The position numbers and the translations under genes are program-made. Below, piece by piece: positions 27,887 to 36,170 of a DNA stretch of 36,170 nucleotides (positions are counted from its first letter, which is position 1; each line of letters opens with the position of its first letter). The notes beneath the pieces were generated by a model. It worked only from the letters and a program-made list of their open reading frames with translations. It did not search any database and was not told the origin of the DNA. Origin of the DNA: a virus (Duplodnaviria > Caudoviricetes); IMG/VR virus record IMGVR_UViG_3300016649_000229, positions 1 through 36,170 of that record. One strand, written 5' to 3'.

Positions 27887-28162
27887 TCATTCTTTAACAT
27901 CGATTACTTTGCCCTCTTTGTAACAAAGTGTAGTACTTCGATAATTATAAGCCACTTTTCCACCATTACCATGACAAATACTTTCAAAGCTATTAGGGTT
28001 GTTAGGTGGAATAAGCTTAGGGGGGTCTATAATAATCATTAATACAAAGTCAGCTATTAAAACTACTACTCCAATAATAACCGAATAAGCATTATTAAGT
28101 ACTAAACCTAAAAACATTAGTAAAAAGCTTGCAACAAGTAAGGCTGTTATAAATATTATCAT
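27887..28162 (-). CDS. Two-TM membrane protein
   Basis: Two hydrophobic helices and a C-terminal Cys pair. Confidence 0.6.
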   Translation of the reverse strand: MIIFITALLVASFLLMFLGLVLNNAYSVIIGVVVLIADFVLMIIIDPPKLIPPNNPNSFESICHGNGGKVAYNYRSTTLCYKEGKVIDVKE

Positions 28163-28165
28163 AAC

Positions 28166-28390
28166 TCACCCTTTCTTTTTGAAATCTTTGATAATCTTAG
28201 CGAACCTAGCACTATATACCTTGAACCACGTTTTCTGAGTAGCTGTACGTAGACAATAAACTCTGTAACCTTCGTACTCAGAGTCGCTTAGGCTTAGTAC
28301 CCAGTCTAACCTAGTGTCTTTAGGTATTCTTTGGTCATTAAGTGCTTCAAATAGTTTCTTTAGTTCTGACTTAGTTTTCTTGGTCATCAT
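28166..28390 (-). CDS. Hypothetical protein
   Basis: gaggtg RBS, ATGA coupling. Confidence 0.6.
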   Translation of the reverse strand: MMTKKTKSELKKLFEALNDQRIPKDTRLDWVLSLSDSEYEGYRVYCLRTATQKTWFKVYSARFAKIIKDFKKKG

Positions 28391-28614
28391 ACTGTCACCT
28401 CGTTAAAGTAAGTTACTATCACCTCGTTATCTATGCTTTCTAACTCATACTCCAAAACAACCTTGACCACTAATCTACTAGTATATAAGTTCCCTCTGTA
28501 TATTAAATGGTCATAGTTTCTAGCACACATTGGGAATGAGTTACCGTTATCTAAGGTTATTATGTATCCACTATGCTTCATTTGTAGCGTCCACTTTCCA
28601 TAAAATAGGTTCAT
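28387..28614 (-). CDS. Hypothetical protein
   Basis: Packed early-operon ORF. Confidence 0.55.
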   Translation of the reverse strand: MNLFYGKWTLQMKHSGYIITLDNGNSFPMCARNYDHLIYRGNLYTSRLVVKVVLEYELESIDNEVIVTYFNEVTV

Positions 28615-28813
28615 ACTCTTTAGTGCTTAGCTTGTCTTTGATAGCTATGTTTATTGCACTAATGCGTTTAGAGTAATTATCTAACTGAGATTTATTGTGT
28701 CCTATTAGTTCCTTATCTAAAATGTAATTAATTTCAGCTTGATAGTACTCTCTTGTTTTGTGCAATGTACTTAGGTTAAATGATTTATAATAGTTAATGT
28801 AATTTGTACTCAT
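28571..28813 (-). CDS. Hypothetical protein
   Basis: Likely start ATG 28813 after aaggga. Confidence 0.55.
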   Translation of the reverse strand: MSTNYINYYKSFNLSTLHKTREYYQAEINYILDKELIGHNKSQLDNYSKRISAINIAIKDKLSTKEYEPILWKVDATNEA

Positions 28814-28817
28814 TTTG

Positions 28818-29045
28818 TTATTCCCTTTCATAAATAACTTCGTTACCATAGTCTTCAATGGAATCAAAGCAGCCATCAGTAGTGAATACGTGGCTTATTG
28901 CTATCTTGTTAATCAGAAGATTCTTAGCGTAGTCCTTGACCATACTTTTAAGTACTTTAATGTTCATTGCTCTCATAGTTACTGAAGTGTCGTCACTTAG
29001 GTCAACTATGTACTCATATGAATAGATTCTTTGTATCATTGTCAT
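28818..29045 (-). CDS. Hypothetical protein
   Basis: aggag RBS, ATGA coupling. Confidence 0.6.
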   Translation of the reverse strand: MTMIQRIYSYEYIVDLSDDTSVTMRAMNIKVLKSMVKDYAKNLLINKIAISHVFTTDGCFDSIEDYGNEVIYERE

Positions 29046-29239
29046 ACTACATCTCCTACTTCCAAAGTTATCGAAGTCACCTCAAAAGTATTAGTGTCAT
29101 CGCACTCAGGGCACCAAAGTTCAATTCCTAGCTTACCTTCACTTAGGTGCTTTATACTGCAAACTTCCGCATAATAAGCATTAATCGCACTACCACAAGG
29201 GCAAAGCATGTAATTGTCTAGTTCAATCTTAGTTTTCAT
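29042..29239 (-). CDS. Zinc-ribbon protein, first gene of leftward operon
   Basis: aaggag RBS before ATG 29239; CPC...CPEC. Confidence 0.6.
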   Translation of the reverse strand: MKTKIELDNYMLCPCGSAINAYYAEVCSIKHLSEGKLGIELWCPECDDTNTFEVTSITLEVGDVV

Positions 29240-29292
29240 AGTTACACATACACTCCTTAAGGTTATTAATTCAAACACACACACATAAATCA

Positions 29293-29533
29293 CATTGTAT
29301 CACTAACACATTAGCTCTAAGGTTATCTATGTTAATGTTTAACGTCCAGAACTACTGGACAACCTTGTACTACAATGTTTCAGTGATATCAATGGAATCT
29401 AAGTCCATATATTAGGCTAGTCTCATAGCCATAAGGTCAAACCCTCTGTAGCGTGGTTCCCTTGTGCTTGTCTAAGCTCCATTCGCAGCACTTAGACCCT
29501 CTCGGTTACTTAGAAACCCTATCGAGCTTCCAT
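29293..29533 (-). ncRNA. Candidate structured 5' leader or ncRNA
   Basis: ORF-poor, GC-richer tract just downstream of a promoter, with several stems (gtctaag/cttagac, gtccag/ctggac, cattgatatcact/agtgatacaatg). Confidence 0.35.
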
Positions 29534-29539
29534 ATAATT

Positions 29540-29568
29540 AAAATACCTTAACTTGGTTTCATTGTCAA
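29540..29568 (-). promoter_or_regulatory. Sigma70-type promoter for leftward early operon
   Basis: - strand TTGACA-17 nt-TATTTT. Confidence 0.65.
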
Positions 29569-29835
29569 CTAGTTTTCTAATTATTTTTTGTCACTATGAT
29601 TTTCAGTGTTCTATTTAGATACTGAGAGGCGGGGTACTAGGTTCTGTTACTTTATGAAATTTTATTCCTCTTGTGATACCAACGATAACTAAGAACACGC
29701 AAAAAGTTTCCCTGTTCCAAGTAACATATAAAAATTTGGTAAAATGATAAGTGTTATTTTAAGCTAATAACTAAAATCGTGTAAAAAATATCATTGTGCC
29801 AGTTGAATAAAAAATTTGGTAAAAGTATAAGAAAA

Positions 29836-30101
29836 AGTCACCTCTGACCCATTTTCAATGTTTAAAAACTAAGGTAACAACTTGAGTATTGGTAAATAAG
29901 GAAAACTTTGACCTCTGATGACCTCTTACCGCGGAAAAGTGGCATACCTCTCATGGTTCAAATTAAAGTTATTAGCTAAAATCAAGGAATTTGAAGCTCG
30001 CCTCTCATGCCTCTCATGTTTTTTTACTTCTAAGAATTAAATTAAAAAAAGAGAATTGAGAGACTTTGAAAGATTGGGTCAAAAAGTGAGAGGTGGTGAC
30101 T
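29836..30101. repeat. Iteron-rich element B (inverted copy of 12559-12830); candidate origin, pac or recombination site
   Basis: Reverse complement aligns with element A; CCTCTCA repeats; in the divergent region upstream of terS. Confidence 0.92.
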
Positions 30102-30200
30102 TTGTTCAAAATGTTCAAATAAATTCAGTATAAGTCTTGTTTCAAGTATCTCTGATGATTAAAGTAGCAATAGGAGACTAAGAATCGGAGGATAGATTCA

Positions 30201-30665
30201 ATGGATGAGCTAGTCAAAGTCGATGAAAGGGATTTCTGGGAACCAACTCTCGAGGAACTTGAAAGAATCGAGGAACTAGGATTTTATGGAATCTCAGACC
30301 CAAGACAAATTTGTGCTTTGTTGAATGTTGAAGCTAGGCACTTGGCCTATGCTTCTTTGTTTGGTGAAGCTTTGAAATTTTTTAAACGAGGAGAGGCCAA
30401 GGCTCACTTAGCTTTGAGTCAATCTTTGATGAACATGGCAATTGGAACCCAGAAAGCCGAAACTGCAAGACACTTGGTCAATAAATTCTTGCTCCAATCT
30501 AGATTTCAGTACGATGAGGCCTCTGCGGCAACTAGAAGCAAAGAGAAGATAGAAGCAACGAAAATCAAGCTTGCAAAGAAAATACACAGGGATAACTTGG
30601 ACTTACAGACAACTAGGTTAATAGAAACCTTGAAAGAAGACGATTTGCAAAAAGTTTCCAAGTAA
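30201..30665 (+). CDS. terS: Terminase small subunit (putative)
   Basis: HTH-like N-terminus, 'KRGEAKA...SLMNMA...FLLQSR' pattern; directly upstream of terL; ggagg RBS. Confidence 0.7.
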   Translation: MDELVKVDERDFWEPTLEELERIEELGFYGISDPRQICALLNVEARHLAYASLFGEALKFFKRGEAKAHLALSQSLMNMAIGTQKAETARHLVNKFLLQSRFQYDEASAATRSKEKIEATKIKLAKKIHRDNLDLQTTRLIETLKEDDLQKVSK

Positions 30666-30715
30666 ACTCACACAACATAATGGGAGTTATCATAACTGAA
30701 ACTTAGAGGGCTAAG

Positions 30716-32212
30716 ATGAGTTTGACCAAGAAGCTTTTACAGAGAAAAGCATTACAAAGACTAGAGAAGATTGAGATTAGAAAGCGCAATGATAACCCCG
30801 TCATTGTTCTCGAGGATAGATTGATACCTCAACAACTTAATTTCATACGTTCAAAATCCAGATTCAAAGTAGCAAGGTGTTCAAGGCGTGCTGGCAAGTC
30901 CACTGCACTGGCTTTTTATTTACGAGACACAGCACTTGCAGGTACCCAATTTCATTGCGCTTATGTTGGAAAAACCATCGCCGTAGCTGTCAAGACAATC
31001 TGGGACGCTATAAAGTTATTAGTGACTGAATCAAAGGACAATGTGAAAATCAATGAGACTGAACATTGGGTTTATTTCTATGATACTAAGTCATACATTT
31101 GGTTATTTGGTGCCAACGACTCTAAGCAAATAGAAAAGATACGTGGATTATTCTTTAAGCTAGCTGTTATTGACGAAGCACAGATGTTCCCAGCTTACTT
31201 AAAGAAGCTAATAGATGAGGTAATTGACCCAGCACTTGGAGACTTGCAAGGTACTCTGTGTCTCACTGGTACACCTAATCCCAGTTGCTCTGGAGTCTTT
31301 TACGATTCTGACAAGTCAGAGGGCTGGGAATCTCATTACTGGACGTGGCAAGATAATCATTACTTTGTTAACAAAGCTATGGGACAAAATCCTTTACTCA
31401 AAGAACCTTTAGATATCATGCGAGAATCTTTGAAAAGACGTGGAGTATCTGAGTCTGACCCGATAGCACAAAGAGAATGGTTTGGAGTGTGGGCAAAGAG
31501 CGAGGACTTACAAGTATATAAGTGGACAGAAGCTAATCACTTTGAACAACTACCTAATTTCCAATTTAAATGTGTACTTGGTGTCGACCTTGGCTTCAAT
31601 GATAGCGACGCAATCGTAGTTCTAGGGTTCAATGAGGACTACAGAGAGACATATGTTCTCGAAGAATTCAAGTGCGCAAAACTAGATATTACTGCACTAG
31701 CACATGAGATACATAGACTCAAGGCAAAGTGGAATCCTTATTATATGGTCATCGATGGTGGGGCACTAGGTAAAAAGATTAACGAAGAGCTAAATCAGAG
31801 ACACAATCTATACCTAGACTCCGCTGACAAAACCAACAAAGCAGCGTTTATAGAATTATTGAACTCTGACCTTAGACTAGGGTATGCAAAGATAAAAAGA
31901 AACAGTGGGCTAGCTAATGAGATGGTCAAACTATGCTGGGACGAAGAGGACTTTGAGGAGGGCAAATATACCGAGGATTCTTATGAAGACAATCACCTTT
32001 GTGACGCTTATCTATACGCTTGGAGATATGTGTACACTTACGCTTGGAAAGAAAAGCCACCAGAGCCTAAGCCTGATGACGTTGGTTACTCTGATTACAT
32101 TGCTCAGAAACAGTTACAAGACTTCGTTAACAAAAAACAAATAGAAAGGGAGAAAAGGGACAATGAACAGCATTGGCAAAATAATTCATGGGGATTCGAT
32201 AGCTGGAATTAA
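30716..32212 (+). CDS. terL: Terminase large subunit
   Basis: Walker A 'SRRAGKS', Walker B 'AVIDEAQ', motif III 'LTGTP', nuclease 'GVDLG..D' and 'NHLCDAYLY'. Confidence 0.95.
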   Translation: MSLTKKLLQRKALQRLEKIEIRKRNDNPVIVLEDRLIPQQLNFIRSKSRFKVARCSRRAGKSTALAFYLRDTALAGTQFHCAYVGKTIAVAVKTIWDAIKLLVTESKDNVKINETEHWVYFYDTKSYIWLFGANDSKQIEKIRGLFFKLAVIDEAQMFPAYLKKLIDEVIDPALGDLQGTLCLTGTPNPSCSGVFYDSDKSEGWESHYWTWQDNHYFVNKAMGQNPLLKEPLDIMRESLKRRGVSESDPIAQREWFGVWAKSEDLQVYKWTEANHFEQLPNFQFKCVLGVDLGFNDSDAIVVLGFNEDYRETYVLEEFKCAKLDITALAHEIHRLKAKWNPYYMVIDGGALGKKINEELNQRHNLYLDSADKTNKAAFIELLNSDLRLGYAKIKRNSGLANEMVKLCWDEEDFEEGKYTEDSYEDNHLCDAYLYAWRYVYTYAWKEKPPEPKPDDVGYSDYIAQKQLQDFVNKKQIEREKRDNEQHWQNNSWGFDSWN

Positions 32213-32606
32213 GAGCTTATTTATGAATGCCTATATACACAATGTTAAAGTATTTAATTTCTATAAGAAGATAGAAGATAAGGAAAAAAGATTGAACTTA
32301 GTTACTAATATAGCAAGTGACTTGTCAAAGAAATGCAAGTTCTTATTATACATTGATTCAGAGTCTTCTAATGTTATATATTCAATTATAGCATATACTT
32401 TGATAGATGGTAATCTAAAAATTTATTTTGCTTATACAAAGTATAGCTTTAGAGGCTACGGATTTTGTAAATTGTTATTAGAGCACTTAGAGAAGGAATC
32501 TAAGGTTCTTAGTCATTGTGTACCAAAGAAATTAGAGAGGTATTCACTATGGTCAAAGTACGTTCAAACGAGTCCTTATTACCCAGTAGTTTCGAGGAAG
32601 TCTTGA
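32163..32606 (+). CDS. GNAT-fold protein
   Basis: 'IYFAYTKYSFRGYGFCKLLL' acetyl-CoA motif A. Confidence 0.65.
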   Translation: MNSIGKIIHGDSIAGIKSLFMNAYIHNVKVFNFYKKIEDKEKRLNLVTNIASDLSKKCKFLLYIDSESSNVIYSIIAYTLIDGNLKIYFAYTKYSFRGYGFCKLLLEHLEKESKVLSHCVPKKLERYSLWSKYVQTSPYYPVVSRKS

Positions 32607-32785
32607 TATTGTTAAATAAGTACAATGTTACTAAGTTCAAGTGTGGTGAGTTTGAGTTAGAGACAGTTCCACTTGCGCCTGTAAACAATAACGTCAAAGT
32701 TATGGACGATAGGGAGAAGCAAGCGTTAGAAGCTGCAATGGTACAGAATAAGAACAGTGCACTATTTGGCATTTGGGGTGAATAA
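32549..32785 (+). CDS. Small hypothetical protein
   Basis: gagagg RBS before ATG 32549; between terL and portal. Confidence 0.6.
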   Translation: MVKVRSNESLLPSSFEEVLILLNKYNVTKFKCGEFELETVPLAPVNNNVKVMDDREKQALEAAMVQNKNSALFGIWGE

Positions 32786-32787
32786 AC

Positions 32788-34761
32788 ATGGAAATAGAGA
32801 AACCTAAAACTAAGAAATCAAAGAAAGAAAAGTATGTTCCAGTTGATATGGAAGTTAAGCATGTAAAGAAGATAAAAACTAGGCACAAATATGACGATTC
32901 TGAGTATAGCAGCCCTTGGTGGATTGCTGATAAGGACAATGTACATGGCGAAGTATTTGGGTGTGTTAGACAATATAAATCTAGGTGGTTTGTAAACTAT
33001 CAGGAACTTATTAAGCATGTAAAAAGGTACGAAGATAGGAATTATTACGGATACTTTGCAAATGACCCTTATACTAAATTCGCTAACAATGACAATCTAA
33101 GTCTCAACATTACTGCAAGTTGCATTGACACTTTAGCCTCTAAGATAACTAAGAACACGCCACAAATTCAATATATAAGTAACTCAAGTGACTATGTAGA
33201 AGAAAGAAAAGCTAAGGAACTACAAAAGTTTATTCAAGGTCACTTTAAATTTACTAATGCCTATGAGCAAGCTGACACTGCTTTTATTGATGGATTAAAG
33301 CTAGGTACTGGTATTATTCACCACAAAGTAAAAAATGACCGAGTACAGCACGAAGTAGTTAAGGCATATGAACTTTTATATGATTGGCTAGACGGTGTAA
33401 ATGGAGTACCAAGTGACTTGCACATAGTGAGACTTAGAAATAGGTACGATGTTATAGTTGAATTCCCAGAGTACAAAGATATCTTATTAGAAACAGGAGT
33501 AACAAACCCTGTATATACTAGTACAAATTCATTTAACAGGGATAACATAGTTGTCGTAGAATCTTATAACAAGTATGCAAAGAGGCACACTATTTGTGTA
33601 GAAAATTGTACTTTGTTAGATGAGGATTGGAACTTAGTAAACAAACATGGTGAGTTTGACTTTCCTTTGACTGTGTTCAAGTTCAAAGACGCTGACCGAG
33701 GTTTCTTTGGTATTGGTTTAGCAGAGGAACTTAAAGCTATTCACTTGGAACTAAATAGATTGGTAACAGTGGCACAACGTTCTAGCTATTTGCTGTCTGT
33801 ACCAAAAATCTTTGTTCCTGAATCTTGCAATATTGGTATTAGTCAGTTGAATAATGAAGTAGGTGGCATAGTTAAATTTTCAGGTATGTCACCTCCAATA
33901 GCAGCTCCATTAGGCAGGCCACCCGTAGAACTTTATGAACAAATTAACCTATTCTATCAAAAAGGCTATGAGATAGCAGGTATTAGTCAAATGACGGCAG
34001 CGTCTCAAATGCCAGCTGGGTTACAGCAAGCAAGTGGCAAAGCACTTGAAACCGCGTATCAAATTGAAAGCGATAGGTTTCAAACTGTAGGTAAACGCTT
34101 TGAACAAATGATTATTGATATGCAAGAAAAAACTATCATGATGATGAAGATGATAGAAGAAAATGGTGGGGATGTTGGTAATGCTAAGTACTATGACCAA
34201 GACCTAGCTAAATCAATTAATTGGTCAGATGTTAATATGAACAGAGACCAATTTGACTTGCAAGCTTTCCCTGTAAATATGTTACCAAGTACCCCAGAAG
34301 GCAAATTTGCATTTATTCAAGATATGATGATGAGTAACTTAATTGACCCTGTAGCCGCTAAAAAGCTATTAAGATTACCAGACACAGATGGTTATTTAGA
34401 TTTACAAAATGCCGAGTATGACTTCGTATTAAAGCAAGTAGGTGAAATGTTACTTGGTAACGAAGTAGAGCCAGATATAAATCAAAACTTCGATGTTGCA
34501 TTGGATCTAGTACAGAAATCCTACTTCTTATATAGTACAAAAAACATTAATCCTATTGCATTGGAATTAATGGACAACTATATTAAAGCTATAGAAAGAA
34601 TCAAAATTGTCAAGGCTGCAGAGCAACAGCGTATCATGCAGCAAGCAATGATGAATCAGGTTCAAATGCAGTCAATAGGAGGACAGCAAGGTGGAAGTAA
34701 CACAGACCCAAGTGGATTCGCAAGCAACGCCCTTGGAGACACAGGAACCCCAATCCAATGA
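32788..34761 (+). CDS. Portal protein (P22/podovirus-like)
   Basis: 657 aa after terL; 'DGLKLGTG', 'FFGIGLAE', 'EIAGIS', 'SGKAL', Gln-rich barrel C-terminus. Confidence 0.85.
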   Translation: MEIEKPKTKKSKKEKYVPVDMEVKHVKKIKTRHKYDDSEYSSPWWIADKDNVHGEVFGCVRQYKSRWFVNYQELIKHVKRYEDRNYYGYFANDPYTKFANNDNLSLNITASCIDTLASKITKNTPQIQYISNSSDYVEERKAKELQKFIQGHFKFTNAYEQADTAFIDGLKLGTGIIHHKVKNDRVQHEVVKAYELLYDWLDGVNGVPSDLHIVRLRNRYDVIVEFPEYKDILLETGVTNPVYTSTNSFNRDNIVVVESYNKYAKRHTICVENCTLLDEDWNLVNKHGEFDFPLTVFKFKDADRGFFGIGLAEELKAIHLELNRLVTVAQRSSYLLSVPKIFVPESCNIGISQLNNEVGGIVKFSGMSPPIAAPLGRPPVELYEQINLFYQKGYEIAGISQMTAASQMPAGLQQASGKALETAYQIESDRFQTVGKRFEQMIIDMQEKTIMMMKMIEENGGDVGNAKYYDQDLAKSINWSDVNMNRDQFDLQAFPVNMLPSTPEGKFAFIQDMMMSNLIDPVAAKKLLRLPDTDGYLDLQNAEYDFVLKQVGEMLLGNEVEPDINQNFDVALDLVQKSYFLYSTKNINPIALELMDNYIKAIERIKIVKAAEQQRIMQQAMMNQVQMQSIGGQQGGSNTDPSGFASNALGDTGTPIQ

Positions 34762-35521
34762 TAATCAAAATTTCATAGACCCTAAGTTACAAGAGGCTAG
34801 GGAGCGTGAAAGACTTAGATTATCAAGAGAAGAAAAACTTCGTAATGAGCTAGAACAAACTAGGCTTGAGTATGAAAAGCTTGAACAAGCTAGACAAGCT
34901 TTGATTAGCAATGGTTGGGATATAGACACTTTGCTTACTGTAAAGAATGGACAAAGTGTAGAAACCACTAGTCCTGTTATCGAGGAACTTAAAAAACAAA
35001 TAAATGATTTAAAGAATAATTTAACAGCTAAGGAACAGGAACAACTTAACGAAAAGAGGAGGAGAGAAGCATCATCATTTGTAAAGGAAAATGAAGATAG
35101 ATTTGAGCTTATTAAGGCTCACGAGCTTGAAGGTGAGATAGTATCTTTAATTGATACTCACTACAAGAAAACTAAGAAACTCTTAAGCTACGAGGAAGCT
35201 GCAGAGAAGATAGAACAACATTTAGAAGCCGAAACTGAGAGACTTTTGAACAAAGTTAAAAGTACTAAGAAAATAAAAAAGGTACTTGGTGACGTATCTG
35301 CAAAGGATATCGAAGTTTCAAAGTCAGCTGGTGTGTCAGTTAAACAAATCGAGAAAGTTATCGATAGCACAGAGAAAGAAGTATTAGATTTGAAGGAGAC
35401 TGTTAAAGCACGTTATCAATCAATGCCTAAGAAAGTTTCAGAAACTCCAAAAAGATCTGGGGTTAGTAAGTTGTCAGCTAGGGAACAGAAATTAGAAGAC
35501 TTAATGAAAAAATACTCTTAA
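34691..35521 (+). CDS. Capsid scaffolding protein
   Basis: Highly charged coiled coil between portal and capsid. Confidence 0.7.
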   Translation: MEVTQTQVDSQATPLETQEPQSNDNQNFIDPKLQEARERERLRLSREEKLRNELEQTRLEYEKLEQARQALISNGWDIDTLLTVKNGQSVETTSPVIEELKKQINDLKNNLTAKEQEQLNEKRRREASSFVKENEDRFELIKAHELEGEIVSLIDTHYKKTKKLLSYEEAAEKIEQHLEAETERLLNKVKSTKKIKKVLGDVSAKDIEVSKSAGVSVKQIEKVIDSTEKEVLDLKETVKARYQSMPKKVSETPKRSGVSKLSAREQKLEDLMKKYS

Positions 35522-35538
35522 TATAAGGAAAAATATAA

Positions 35539-36170
35539 ATGGCTAATCAAACAATGTTATCAGCACAAAAGATTTTAAAGGAATACTATGTAGAAGGCGT
35601 ACCATTAGACCTTGCATACAGAGACCGTCCATTAATGGCACTTATTCCTAAGGATGAGTCCGTAGAAGGTAAAGTTCTACCAGTACCAGTTACATATGAA
35701 AACCCACAAGGGACAAGCTCTACTTTTTCAGCCGCTCAGAGCAATGAAACACCAAACCAATTTGGTAGTTTCTACCTAACCATGCAACCTAAGTATTCAT
35801 TGGCTCAGATTGACGCTCAGTTGTTAAAAGCAACAAAGACTAGCCGTGGTAGCTTTGTTAGAGAAGCACAATACGAAATTGACAAGTCCTACAAAGCACA
35901 CAGTAACCAGATTCACACTGAGTTATTTGGCGATGGTACAGGGATTATGAGTTCTGTAGCAAGTATCAATGGCCAAGTTATTACATTAGCTAATGCTTTT
36001 GATATCAACAGATTTGGCGTCGGCATGACTTTGCAATTCTGTGCTACTGCAACTGCTGGAACTCCAAGTAACACTGTAGTTGTTACTGCAATGAACAGAA
36101 CAGCAAATCAAATGACAGTATCAGGCTCTTTGACTGGTGTGTCTCCTAACTGGTTTGTATTCAGAATCGG
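35539..36170 (+). CDS. Major capsid protein, N-terminal part (not in ORF track; continues across the join to 818, ~399 aa total)
   Basis: RBS aagga, then ATG at 35539 (MANQTMLSAQKILKEYY...HTELFGDGTG), open to the window end and in frame with ORF 27..818; directly follows the scaffold gene. Confidence 0.88.
   Translation, partial: MANQTMLSAQKILKEYYVEGVPLDLAYRDRPLMALIPKDESVEGKVLPVPVTYENPQGTSSTFSAAQSNETPNQFGSFYLTMQPKYSLAQIDAQLLKATKTSRGSFVREAQYEIDKSYKAHSNQIHTELFGDGTGIMSSVASINGQVITLANAFDINRFGVGMTLQFCATATAGTPSNTVVVTAMNRTANQMTVSGSLTGVSPNWFVFRI
35921..36170 (+). repeat. Terminal direct repeat, copy 2 (circular overlap)
   Basis: Identical to 1-250; implies a 35,920-bp circular or circularly permuted unit. 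Confidence 0.97.

Noticed and set aside
29470-29533. HDV/theta-like ribozyme suggested by CUGCGAAUGG on the - strand
   Set aside because: A P2-like pairing exists, but I could not build P1, P3, L3 or P1.1; kept only as generic structured RNA.
29684-29700. 17-bp exact match gataactaagaacacgc also at 33144-33160 in portal
   Set aside because: A single match of this length is plausible by chance in an AT-rich 36-kb genome; no flanking repeat structure.

Overview
This window looks like one complete, circularly permuted tailed-phage genome of about 35,920 bp. Bases 1-250 are repeated exactly at 35921-36170, and the major capsid gene (~399 aa, ATG at 35539) runs across the join. It is AT-rich and podovirus-like. 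The + strand head and tail operon runs terS, terL, GNAT, portal, scaffold, capsid, three small paralogous virion proteins, adaptor, nozzle, GNAT, an S74-chaperone protein and two ejection-type proteins. Next come a BRO/Rha, Rha, SF3 helicase and PolA replication block, then fibre genes and small membrane proteins. A convergent - strand operon encodes small early ORFs, SSB, a RecE-like exonuclease, a DUF5664-like protein, an HNH nuclease and an endolysin. I recognised no integrase, repressor, primase, tRNA or CRISPR array. The most striking unexplained feature is a ~270-bp non-coding element present twice in inverted orientation (12559-12830 and 29836-30101), almost opposite each other on the circle. 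Each copy carries (T)GAGAGG iterons and its own terminal inverted repeats. The pair brackets a 17-kb segment with an inward-facing sigma70-like promoter at each end, suggesting a dual-origin and/or flip-flop genome. All product calls come from motif recognition and synteny; no database searches were run.
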